NCBI GenBank assembly: GCA_964016885.1
Contig: OZ024743.1
Span: 127,782,001-127,846,000, forward strand
DNA from: Eledone cirrhosa
Taxonomy: Eukaryota
Length of the DNA stretch: 64,000 nucleotides
Direction of reading: 5' to 3'
Shown here: positions 26,249-40,400 of the stretch, one piece after another
Layout: every line of letters starts with the position of its first letter
How positions within the stretch are numbered: position 1 is the first letter of the stretch
Made by a program: the position numbers and the translations under genes
The notes under the pieces: generated by a model
What the model was told of the DNA's origin: nothing
Seen by the model: only the letters and a program-made list of their open reading frames with translations
The model's database searches: none

Positions 26249-27255
26249 CAAAGACCGAGAAAACTGGGCGCCTGGCACACCGAGTGTGCCCAGGCGCTCA
26301 CGGCTCTCTGGCAGGCGGACCCGGCTGTCAGTGGAGAATCCACCTCGTCATTCTATAGAGGGCTGGTGGTTAGCAGGTGCGACGACGCCCTCGGAGAAGC
26401 CCTAGGCATGGAGGAAGACGAACTGGCCAACCTGTTCGGTAGGACATTCAGCCCGGGACCCATGGATAACTTCCAGAGGTCCCTGGCCTGGCAATGCTAC
26501 AGAAGGGCTCTGCCCGTTCGAGAAAGGCTCTACAAACACGGGCGCCCGGGTAGGGACCCATCGAAAAAGATCTGTCCCAGATGCGTGTGCGACGAGGAAA
26601 CCGTTGCACACGCATTGGTACACTGCTCGGGCATTGCCGATCCGTGGGGCTATGTCGAACAACTGCTGTCAAGGGTGGGACCGATCCGGTTGACCACCGA
26701 GTCTATTGTAACGATCAAGCCGCCTCCCCTCTTCAAAAACGAAGGAGAGGCGGTGTTTCTGTGCGTAATAGCCATGGCGAAAGAGGTTGTATGGTGGACG
26801 CGTCTGAAAGGACTGAGGTCAGACACCTTTCTCTCTGGCCAACAACTGGTCCGTTTCTTCCGATATCATTTCGGAAGAAGGATCAGGATGGAGAGAGAGG
26901 TGCTGCACCCCAGCCGTTTCTATGAAAGATGGGTGAAAGTGGCGAGAATGGCCCGTGTGAATGGGCCTTCACTCTACATCAGACTATAGGTGAGGAAGAT
27001 GAAAGACCAAGGGAGCACCCCTTCTCTGTGCTCCTGAGGAGAAGGGTTGCACACTTTTTTCGGGGGGGGGGGTGCGACCCTCCAAGGCGCCTCCTCTCTA
27101 TTGAGGACTTTGTTATAAATTTTATTTTTTGTTATATTTTATTTTATTTTTATATATTGTTATTGCCTCCTCCTTATTGAGGACGCCTTGTTTTGTAAAC
27201 TCCCCCCATTGTACTTGTCCCACTTTTGATGCCCTGGTGGCAAATAAAAGAAACA

Positions 27256-27256
<1 letters not shown>
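26249..27256 (+). mobile_element. 5'-truncated Tx1/L1-clade LINE inserted in (TCTA)n; uninterrupted ORF2 C-terminus to 26989
   Basis: GC-rich; zf-RVT-like AWQCYRRALPV...CPRCVCDEETVAHALVHC; aataaa near the 3' end; (tcta)n on both flanks. Confidence 0.85.
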
Positions 27257-27320
<64 letters not shown>

Positions 27321-27774
27321 CTCTGTCTCTCTACCACTCTCTCTTCCACCCCCATCTCTTTCTCACTCCAAACGGATCTTCCTTCTTGGTATTCCAGCAT
27401 TCCCACATTCTGACATTCTGACATTCCTTCCTAATAAATCAGATATTTCTTTGGTTCTATAGCTGTGATATGAAGGATATTTCGAGGTGAATTTTAACTA
27501 AGATATGCTACCAAAGAAAGCTCCACCTGGAATTCAACTTAATTCTCAACCCAGATACACACGTATCATGTTAAGCAACAGTTTAAAATTATACCCAAGG
27601 GAATCTACTATGTAAACATATATAATTTCTTTCAACGAGGAACAAGGCTAATTTTACTGCAAGTCGAACGAACTGACCCAACCTGTGAGGCCACGTGCCA
27701 ATACACGTAATATTACAGTATCATCAAGTCAAAATATTACATAAACAAGTTTTTTTTAACCAAATCAATAATTC

Positions 27775-27829
<55 letters not shown>

Positions 27830-27843
27830 CACATCCATCCATG

Positions 27844-27896
<53 letters not shown>

Positions 27897-28136
27897 GCAT
27901 ACAAACACACACAGTCTGTTCGCTTTTTACGGGAACTTGAATTACACGAATTCTCTTCAAGCCTCTTGGAAAAATATTAACAAAAAAACTTTGCATGAAT
28001 AACGCGCTATAACGCGTGTGTTTTTTAATTTTTCTATTTATCAAAAATATGATAAAACATTTAGACTTGAATTACGTGAATTTGTTCTATGCACCGCGTT
28101 CACGAACGTATCTTGGCATAAAAGGCGGACAGATGC

Positions 28137-28175
<39 letters not shown>

Positions 28176-29099
28176 TGTGTGTCTGTGTGCTCGCGCGCGC
28201 GCGCATGTGTGTGTACCAAAGACGAACAAACAAGAGGATGCATTAACATCAAGTCATATTAGTTTCACGCTTAAAAGAAAGAGAGTGAGTTACATAGTCA
28301 ACGTATCGGGCATTTGCCCTTTATCAGGGAAAACACAAAGGGAAAAGCGCAAAGAAAATAAAAAATAAAAAGTCTTTTTTAATAAAATTAGAAAGAATAT
28401 AAAAAAGTGGTGGAGTAGTGATGAGTGGGGAAGTGGTCCGGCGTGTGGGTGTGTGGGTCGAGGTGAGGGGTGCAGACGTGTAGTTGGTAGTTGTGTATAG
28501 GTAGGGTTGCGTGTGTGGGTGTTAAGTATGTTGTTGGTGGATGTGTGTGTGTGAATGTATGTAGACATGCGTCTGTGCGAGCACGCATGAATATGGACAC
28601 AAACACACACATGTACATGTGTACACACACATACATACACCCGTATCCCTTGTGCATGTCTGTACGCATGCGTATGTTAGTATGTGTGTTTGGCAGGGAT
28701 GTGTGGTCGCATGTATTGGTGTAAGCCTGTGTGTACAGAATGGATGGGGTTAGTTTTCGTATCTAGTATAGTCCGAGATGGGTTTTCGATTCCAGGCTGG
28801 TAAGTATCCAAAATATGAAATGGCCGTGGGTAGCGTGGCAGAGAAAGGAATTGTGGGTAGTGATAACCACAGGGAGTGTGAGGGGTTGTATGTGAGTGTG
28901 TGTATGCGTCTGAGAGAGATAGAGACGGCAGAGTTCTATGGGAGAACTAAGGGATGTGTGTGTGTGTTATATTCAGCGGTCAGATAAAGTGTAGGGGGCG
29001 GAGGTTGAATGAGTGAGTGGTAGATGAGGGAGAAGGTCGCTGAGAGCGTGTCCTCGACGTACGGAGGTGGTTGGTGATGCGTGCATGCATAGATATACA

Positions 29100-29659
<560 letters not shown>

Positions 29660-29664
<5 letters not shown>

Positions 29665-29714
29665 AGTATGTATGTATACGTACATACATATATGTATACA
29701 GACGTACAGTAGCA

Positions 29715-29762
<48 letters not shown>

Positions 29763-30015
29763 CAGGTACACATACATATATGAACGCATCAGTTTAGCGG
29801 ACGCTTATTATGACGCCGCTTTGTTCGTTTGTAAACAAACTGAACAGCCTGAATTTATGCCATACGGTGTTAAGGCAACCACGTCACCTTTTTGTTCAAC
29901 ACTGACACAGGAACGATGTACTAGTTTCAAGCTTGTTAGCTATCATCAGCACCGTATACCCATCTGCCAGATAGTTGAACGTTCGAAAGTATATACTTTC
30001 CTTATGAAAAGTATA
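29660..30015 (-). mobile_element. Family G element, second copy
   Basis: Matches 23510-23812. Confidence 0.7.
29913..29955 (-). ncRNA. Type I HHR (family G), canonical core
   Basis: acggtg-CTGATGA-t-agct-aaca-agct-t-GAAA-ctag-TA-catcgt. Confidence 0.8.
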
Positions 30016-30547
30016 TAGTTCATTATTTTCATTGGTGAGATACGTTAAGCTCAATGCCCCTTTTACCCTTCGTTCTTCGGGAGCCAATAGTTATAGTAGC
30101 AGAGCATTTATACTTCAAAATTCAGTAAGACGAAGGATTAAAATTATTGTTGTATATTTAGACATCTACGAACGTTTCAATACAGCCAGAAATTATACAC
30201 CAATAGTTGAGAAAGATCGAAACATTTTCAGTCAATTAACTCCACATAGGCGCTTTACTCCAAGCCGCATCTCTTCAGGAAGTACAAAAAACAATAATTT
30301 GTTTAACATCAAAAAGCAAAGCAAGAATTACATAGGATTCATCGTACATAAGCAGAAAGCAAGAGTGTGTGCTTGTGAACATAGTTACTAAACATGCAAA
30401 ATAAGTGTATGTGTGTTATTCATACGTATGTTAAAACACATTGGAGTTGTTAATTGGCTATATTAAGCGTTTTCGTGAGAACATTTCAATGCTTACTTTC
30501 AATTTTATATCGTAAATACCCATAAGATGTACTAATGCCTATAGTTA

Positions 30548-30822
30548 CGGCCGGCGCAACCATATAGGCAAACTAGACAGCCGCCTAGGGCGCTGATTTC
30601 AGGGGTGAAATTCTCCAAATCAACAACAATTTTGAAAAATAAATAAATAAATTTCAGTTTTATTGAGGGTTGATTTTTATCCTGGTTTATTTCATTCGGG
30701 GGACAAATGTTGAACATTTTTTTTTAAATTTATTATTTATACATTTTGAAATTAGTATTTTCCTTTGGGGGCGTCATAATCTAACCTTGCCACGGGTACC
30801 AGATAGTCTGTCACTGACCCTG
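30548..30822. mobile_element. Degenerate MITE
   Basis: GC-rich ends cggccggcgc...gcctagggcgc / gggcgtc...gaccctg around an AT-rich core. Confidence 0.45.
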
Positions 30823-30920
30823 CCTATTGTATAATTCTTACAGTAGATTCTCAAACTAAAAATGAATAATTATTGTAATACAAAAATTATTATGATATAT
30901 ACATCACAGAAAATACGTAT

Positions 30921-31135
30921 TTGACTTTGCCTTTCATCCTTACGGGGTCGATAAAATAAAGTACCAGTAATGCACTGGGTAATTGCTGGCCTTGTGCCTA
31001 AAGTAGAAACAGTTATTATATTGTAATCCCGCCGAGGTTAACTTTGCCTTTCATCCTTATGGGGTCGATAAAATAAAGTACCAGTAATACACTGGGTAAT
31101 TGCTGGCCTTGTGCCAAAAAAGTAGAAACAATTAT
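30921..31135 (+). mobile_element. Two 5'-truncated SINE copies
   Basis: actttgcctttcatcc...gtagaaaca body and tail. Confidence 0.8.
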
Positions 31136-31260
31136 ATTGTACATATCGGAAGATGTATTAATGTTTATAATTGTATTCGTATTTTAGATTCTCAAACTAC
31201 AAATGAATTATTATTGTAATTAAAAAAGTGTTTAACGTTATATATGTATATGATATATAT

Positions 31261-31553
31261 ATATTTAATACAATAACAGAGATAGTTTAAAGCTAAACTC
31301 TGACTGGTAACCATCTCACTCAACAAACATTTGGTTATATTAAAATATAAACCCAATTTAAGTGTTTGGGGTGCTAACAAAATGTATAATGTGGAAAAAC
31401 CAGTTGTATTATTTTATGAGATATAATTAAAGTTAAAATATATATATATATATGAAAAACATGGGGAGAAGAATACTGCATGGTTGCACATGGATTACAT
31501 ATTATAAAATTAGTCCCTCATCAGTGATTTGCCAACCATCATTGGTATTTCAT

Positions 31554-31557
<4 letters not shown>
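31261..31557 (-). mobile_element. Family F (TA)n-associated element
   Basis: 31261-31430 is the inverse of 50630-50797; 31515-31556 matches 52068-52110 (GAAA...atca-CTGATGA). Confidence 0.55.
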
Positions 31558-31615
<58 letters not shown>

Positions 31616-31687
31616 GATGTATGTGTGTGTGTGTGTGTGTGTGTCTGTCTGTATGTATGTGTGCGTGTGTATGAATATATATGTATA

Positions 31688-31773
<86 letters not shown>

Positions 31774-31867
31774 GTGTGTGTGTGTATGTATGTGTGTGTG
31801 CGTGTGTATGAATATATATGTATATAAGATATATATATATATATGTATGCATATATATGTATATAAG

Positions 31868-31912
<45 letters not shown>

Positions 31913-33433
31913 CATATATGTATATAAAATATGTATATATGTATGTATATAAACTCGGTGTATTTTCGTTACAGATCCTCAAGTGTTTGAGGATCTGTAA
32001 CGAAAGCATATCTACGCATATATTGTTAACGACAGTTCAACTAAAGATTATGTCACAAGTACACGTTATAATGCCAAGAACAGCTCAGTTAAAGACGGTC
32101 TCACAACAACTAAGCATTGTAGGGTTAACGAGGACTTTCGCACCACCACACATATTATAGGGTCCTACCACAACATACACTTGAAACATGCAATAGGAAA
32201 AGTAAAGATGGTATCTCGTGTTGATTCATGGTAAATCGAGAGACATAGGTGAGTTATGCTAAATTATATAATAATAGATATAGAGATTGTAACATGTAAT
32301 AAGGCACGCCACTCATCAGAAATATACCAATGAACGAGCTAATAATGGAACGCCTAGGTGGTCAATTAACCTGCTTGAACTACACTGTTCCTTCTTAAAT
32401 AGGAAGGACATATTGAATAGAGTAGTAAGAGGTACACTATGTCTGAAAAATATATAGATGGTTATGGCTGGAACATTTTTTTTTTATAAGCCAGCTCAAA
32501 CAGGTTTGAGCTGGGATCAAAGAGAAGCAACAACCTCAAAGCCCGAATATCCATATTTTACTAGATTATGCTAGAAATATCAGCCAAATTCCTCTCCAAA
32601 CATATAATATCTAAAAAATAAAATGAAGGACATATGGATAAGGTTGTTGTAGATATATTGTCTAAATATGGAATGAGGAATTCTCGCGATGAGAACCTTT
32701 GTATTTGTATCATCCCACCGAGGCCAACTTTGGATCTCATTCTTTGAGAGTCAATAAAATAAAGTACCAGTCGAGGGAGGTGGATTGGCAGAATTTTTAG
32801 AACACAAGACAAGATAAATAAGTATCTGCTCCGACTCTTTGCGTTCTGAGTTCCCTCTGTGGACTACATGGGTGATCGACTCAATCTATTGCGAAGATTA
32901 ACATAACTACCACTTAGTCTTTTGGTAGATTTAGCAGAGTCCACCCTATTCAAAATATTCTGACTACGAGACCTGTTTAAAGATACTCTTCTTCCCTTCC
33001 TCTTAGAGGCCCTGAAATAATACCTTCCTTAACTAAACATAAAAAAAAAATACATTGCGTGCCTGACTGCAACACAACCTTTCCATCAATCTATCTTCTA
33101 CCATCTTTAGGTGTGCTTTAACTCATTTGATACGAAACCGCCTCGAAACCACCCCTGTTTTTTTATGTTTATATTCATCTAAAATATTTTCAACTAAATC
33201 TTATGTAAGAACATTTGTTAAATTACGTTTCAAACACCAGCGTAAAAAATGGGGAACTTATAATACTCCAAATTCGTCATCATTTTCAAAATAATTTGAA
33301 ACCCATAGGCAGAGTCTTTCATGAAAAATATGGTAACGAAAGAGTTAAAGACATATAACAATTCTACAGAAAAAGATATACATCTATACATTCATATACA
33401 CACATACATATGTATATATAGAAACATACACTC

Positions 33434-33549
<116 letters not shown>

Positions 33550-34028
33550 CACATACATAGGTGCACACATACACACTAGCGTGCACACATAAATTACAAA
33601 CATGCAAGCATACAAAAAAAAATACTTACATACCTTCACATGTACATACATAATAAATACATAATACATAGATACATACAAAATTTGTGAAATTATAAAC
33701 CAGAAGAACATACATACATATATACACACATACATATTACATACATACATATATACACACATACATATTACATGCATACATGCATACATACATACATACA
33801 TACATACATACATACATACATACATACATACATACATACATACATACATACATACGTAGATACGTACATACGTACGTACGTATGTACATGCATACATACA
33901 TAGTATATACATACACACGTACATACATACAGGCATACACCAATCTTGAAATCCGTATACAACAGCATGCTATGAATTATGGATTAGATCAGGTAAATAT
34001 GACAGTGAGAGATATTGAGAGAGAGAGC

Positions 34029-34086
<58 letters not shown>

Positions 34087-34205
34087 GAGAGAGAGAGAGA
34101 ATAGGTGAAATAAAGAGTGAAGCTGACTTGGTGGTGGGGTGGGGTTATAGAGGTGACAAAAAGAGACGGAAGAATGGAGGTAAATATACAGAGAATTAAT
34201 TGACG

Positions 34206-34238
<33 letters not shown>

Positions 34239-34239
34239 A

Positions 34240-34540
34240 CGAATAAGGAAAAGCGAAGTAGTTTCAGATGTACAAGTCTTTTAATAATAATGCTGTGATA
34301 TATATTTCCATGACGACACTGGCCACACTGTTCTGTGTGCGAGTGTCGCGACATCGTCAGACAGCTTGTTACATAATAAGGTTATGTTTCCGAGGCAATA
34401 TATATCACAGCATTATTATTAAAAGACTTGAACATCTGAAACTACTTCGCTTTTCCTTATTCGATATTTACTCCGTCACTCCTATGTGGAAAAAGTACGT
34501 TGAGTGCTTGATATGAATTGCATCAATATTTACCCTAAGT
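34240..34540 (+). mobile_element. Fold-back element (arms 34240-34306 / 34397-34463) in (TA)n
   Basis: Inverted arms, unique tail, and an HHR in the inverted part. Confidence 0.75.
34292..34365 (-). ncRNA. Type I HHR with extended stem II
   Basis: gctgt-CTGACGA-tgtcgcgacactcgcacac-agaaca-gtgtggccagtgtcgtcatg-GAAA-tatata-TC-acagc. Confidence 0.75.
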
Positions 34541-34550
34541 ATATATATAT

Positions 34551-34778
34551 ATAGGAAAATGTTCAAGACCCCGACGGCAGAGCTCAAGCCATCGATATGG
34601 CTATTTCTGAGATGGCTATTTCTTCGACGGCTATTTCTGAGTCCAGAAATAGCCGTCGAAATGGCTTGAGCTCTGTCGTCGGTGTCTCGAACATTTTCCT
34701 ATTACCCACTCTACTACCCTAAGTATTGAGTACTCTGGTGCATTATGGTCCACCTCGCTCCTTACCACACTTCCTCCG

Positions 34779-34781
<3 letters not shown>
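34551..34781 (+). mobile_element. Family D fold-back element (opposite orientation)
   Basis: taggaaaatgttc...gaacattttccta arms followed by the shared tail. Confidence 0.8.
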
Positions 34782-34834
<53 letters not shown>

Positions 34835-35018
34835 AGAACTTTGATTCATGTAATTTCTATATAACTGCCCTGTAGAACAACTGATGTTATTACATTGAGC
34901 TATTTATCTTACTGGTAATAAGGTAGTAATAAATTACTGTCTTTCACTGTTTAGGGTTTAAAATATATATAACTATAAAAAGTTTTAGTCTATACATAAC
35001 CATAAATAGTATCCTTAA

Positions 35019-35095
<77 letters not shown>

Positions 35096-35101
35096 TATAT
35101 A

Positions 35102-35209
<108 letters not shown>

Positions 35210-35345
35210 TATACATAAATATGTATATATACATATATATATACATATATATATATATATATGTATAACAGCCGTACTAAGAGTGAGAAATGAAATTTCG
35301 TTTCATTTTTTCCATATATATATATGTATATATATACGTGTATGT

Positions 35346-35387
<42 letters not shown>

Positions 35388-35402
35388 GAGACGTATAGAG
35401 AT

Positions 35403-35483
<81 letters not shown>

Positions 35484-35487
35484 TATG

Positions 35488-35623
<136 letters not shown>

Positions 35624-35626
35624 CAC

Positions 35627-35680
<54 letters not shown>

Positions 35681-35800
35681 AGAGAGTGGGTGAGTGAGAG
35701 AGAACAAAGAGAAAGAGGAAGAAAGAGAGAGTGAAAAACATGGGTTGATCTATACATGGACTGATTGATTGATTGACAGTAGTTAAGATAAGAGATAGAG

Positions 35801-35855
<55 letters not shown>

Positions 35856-36054
35856 AGAGAGAAGGGTTGATATCTACCCGAGCGCGCTGCTCCTAATTCA
35901 CTATGGCTGTGTAATATCAGTTGTAGTAGTAGTAATAGTTGCATGAGCAGTACCCTAGGTAGCTGTGGTAGGCATGGGTGGATGGTGGAATAAAAATCCA
36001 TGTTGACTTGGAGGCGATGCAGGCCTGACTGAGGTGGAAATCAAAAACAAAAAA

Positions 36055-37370
36055 GAACAACACCCTCCATACACACTTAAATATATGCACACACACACAC
36101 ATATACACACACATGCACACATGTACACATACACACATACATACATACATACATACATATATTCATACATATACATACACACACACACACACATATGCAC
36201 ACACACACACACACTCATTCACACATACATACATACATACATATATTCATACATATACATACACATGCACACATGTACACATACACACATACATACATAC
36301 ATATATTCATACATATACATACACACACACAACACACATGCACACATGTACACATACACACATACATACATACATATATTCATACATATACACACACACA
36401 CACACATATGCACACACACACACACACATTCACACATACATACATACATACATATATATATTCATACATATACATACACACACACACATGCACACATGTA
36501 CACATACACACATACATACATAAATATATTCATACATATACATACACACACACACATATGCACACACACACACACATTCACACATACATACATACATACA
36601 TATATATATTCATACATATACATACACACACATGCACACATGTACACATACACACATACATATTTACATACATACATATATTCATACATACACACACACA
36701 CACACATGCACACACACACACACATTCACACATATATACATACATACATATATATATTCATACATATACATACACACACACACATGCACACATGTACACA
36801 TACACACATACATACATACATATATTCATACATATACATACACACACACACACACATGCACACACACATTCACACATACATACATACATACATATATATA
36901 TTCATACATATACATACACACACACACATGCACACATATACACATACACACATACATACATATATTCATACATATACATACACACACACACACACATATG
37001 CACACACACACACACATTCACACATACATACATACATACATATATATATTCATACATATACATACACACACACACATGCACACATACACACATACATATT
37101 TACATACATACATATATTCATACACACACACATGCACACACACACACATTCACATATGCACACATACATACATACATACCTACCTACCCTACATACATGC
37201 ATACGTATACACACACACACATACACATTCACACCTTTCACAACCATTCACACACATGTACACATACACAGACTTCATATACAAACACACATACGACTAC
37301 ACACACAAACGAGCAAACACACACACACACACACACACGCACGCACACACACACACACACACACACATCA
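36055..37370. repeat. CA/TA-derived compound minisatellite with ~50-60-bp higher-order units
   Basis: Recurring cacatgcacacatgtacacatacacacatacatacatacatatattcatacata. Confidence 0.85.
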
Positions 37371-37479
37371 CGCTATACAGTACATAGTGAGGCACACTTA
37401 TTTCTACTCACCTATCCGTCTATCCATTCCTCTACTCATCTACACGACCACACAATTATCCAAGCCCCATCTATCTGAC

Positions 37480-40400
37480 CCTTCAACCATGTGTACACCC
37501 AGTCAACTGTCCATCTCTCCATCCAGTCAACTGTCCGGCAGCCAACAGCCCATCCAGCCATCCAGCCATCTGTCCACCCAGCCAACAGCCCATGCAGCCA
37601 TCCAGCCATCTGTCCACCCAGCCATCACCCCATCCAGCCATCCACCCATCTGTCCACCAAGTCAACACATCCATCCAGCCATCTAGCCATCTGTCCACCC
37701 AGCCAACAGCCCATCCAGCCATCCAGCCATCCAGCCATCTGTCCTCCCAGCCAACACTCAATCCAGCCATTCGCCATCTGTCCACCCAGCCAACAGCACA
37801 TCCAGCCATCCAACCATCTCTCGACCCAGCCAACAGCCCATCCAGCCATCCAGCCATCTGTCCACCCAGCCAACAGCCCATCCAGCCATCCAGCCATCTG
37901 TCCGCCCAGCCATCCAGCAAAATGTCCACCCAGCCAAGAGCCCATGCAGCCATCCAGCCATCTGTCCACCCAGCCAACAGTCCATCCAGACATCCAGGCA
38001 TCTGGCCACCCAGCCAACAGACCATCCAGCCATCGAGCCATCTGTCCAGCCAGCCAACAGCCCATCCAGCCATCCAGCCATCTGCCCACGCAGCCAACAG
38101 CCCATGCAGTCATCCAGCCATCTGTCCACCCAGCCAACAGCCCATGCAGCCAACCAGCCATCTGTCCACGCAGTCATCCAGCCATCTGCCCAGCCAGCCA
38201 ACAGACCATCCAGCCATCGAGCCATCTGTCGACCCAGCCAACAGCCCATGCAGTCATCCAGCCATCCAGCCATCCAGCCATCTGTCCACCCAGCCAACAC
38301 TCAATCCAGCCATTCAGCCATCTGTCCACCCAGCCAACAGTCCATCCAGCCATCCAACCATCTCTCGACCCAGCCAACAGCCCATCCAGCCATCCAGCCA
38401 ACTGTCCACCCAGCCAACAGCCCATCCAGCCATCCAGCCATCTGTCCACCCAGCCAACTGCCCATTCAGCCATCCAGCCATCTGTCCGCCCAGCCAACTG
38501 CCCATCCAGCCATCCAGCCATCTGTCCACCCAGCCAACTGCCCATCCAGCCATCTGTCCAACCAGCCAACAGACCATCCAGCCATCGAGCCATCTGTCCA
38601 GCCAGCCAACAGCCCATCCAGCCATCCAGCCATCTGCCCACGCAGCCAACAGCCCATGCAGCCAACCAGCCATCTGTCCACGCAGTCATCCAGCCATCTG
38701 CCCAGCCAGCCAACAGACCATCCAGCCATCGAGCCATCTGGCCACCCAGCCAACAGCCCATGCAGTCATCCAGCCATCCAGCCATCCAGCCATCTGTCCA
38801 ACCAGCCAACACTCAATCCAGCCATTCAGCCATCTGTCCACCCAGCCAACAGTCCATCCAGCCATCCAACCATCTCTCGACCCAGCCAACAGCCCATCCA
38901 GCCATCCAGCCATCTGTCCACCCAGCCAACAGCCCATCCAGCCATCCAGCCATCTGTCCACCCAGCCAACTGCCCATTCAGCCATCCAGCCATCTGTCCG
39001 CCCAGCCAACAGTCCATCCAGCCATCCAGCCATCTGTCCACCCAGCCAACAGCCCATGCAGCCAACCAGCCATCTGTCCACGCAGTCATCCAGCCATCTG
39101 CCCAGCCAGCCAACAGACCATCCAGCCATCGAGCCATCTGGCCACCCAGCCAACAGCCCATGCAGTCATCCAGCCATCCAGCCATCCAGCCATCTGTCCA
39201 ACCAGCCAACACTCAATCCAGCCATTCAGCCATCTGTCCACCCAGCCAACAGCCCATGCAGCCAACCAGCCATCTGTCCACGCAGTCATCCAGCCATCTG
39301 CCCAGCCAGCCAACAGACCATCCAGCCATCGAGCCATCTGGCCACCCAGCCAACAGCCCATGCAGTCATCCAGCCATCCAGCCATCCAGCCATCTGTCCA
39401 ACCAGCCAACACTCAATCCAGCCATTCAGCCATCTGTCCACCCAGCCAACAGTCCATCCAGCCATCCAACCATCTCTCGACCCAGCCAACAGCCCATCCA
39501 GCCATCCAGCCATCTGTCCACCCAGCCAACAGCCCATCCAGCCATCCAGCCATCTGTCCACCCAGCCAACTGCCCATTCAGCCATCCAGCCATCTGTCCG
39601 CCCAGCCAACAGTCCATCCAGCCATCCAGCCATCTGTCCACCCAGCCAACTGCCCATCCAGCCATCTGTCCAACCAGCCAACAGACCATCCAGCCATCTG
39701 TCCACCCAGCCAACAGCCCATCCAGCCATCCAGCCATCTGCCCGCCCAGCCAACAGCCTATCCAGCCATCCAGCAAAATGTCCACCCAGCCAACTGCCCA
39801 TGCAGTCATCCAGCCATCTGTCCACCCAGCCAACAGTCCATCCAGCCATCTGTCCACCCAGCCAACAGCCCTTCCAGCCATCCAGCCATCTGTCCACCCA
39901 GCCAACTGCCCATCCAGCCATCCAGCCATCTGTCCACCCAGCCAACAGCCCATCCAGCCATCCAGCTATCTGTCCACCCAGCCAACTGCCCATTCAGCCA
40001 TCCAGCCATCTGTCCGCCCAGCCAACTGCCCATCCAGCCATCCAGCCATCTGTCCACCCAGCCAACTGCCCATCCAGCCATCTGTCCAACCAGCCAACAG
40101 ACCATCCAGCCATCTGTCCACCCAGCCAACAGCCCATCCAGCCATCCAGCCATCTGTCCGCCCAGCCAACAGCCTATCCAGCCATCCAGCAAAATGTCCA
40201 CCCAGCCAAGAGCCGATGCAGCCATCCAGCCATCTGTCCACGCAGCCAACAGCCCATCCAGCCATCCAGGCATCTGGCCACCCAGCCAACAGACCATCCA
40301 GCCATCGAGCCATCTGTCCAGCCAGCCAACAGCCCATCCAGCCATCCAGCCATCTGTCCACGCAGCCAACAGCCCATGCAGTCATCCAGCCATCCGTCCA

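Noticed and set aside
30032-30391. 119-aa non-repetitive ORF
   Set aside because: It has a non-ATG start, no splice support and no recognisable motif.
36034-37686. His/Thr-rich 550-aa ORF
   Set aside because: It is a CA/TA low-complexity translation open in several frames.
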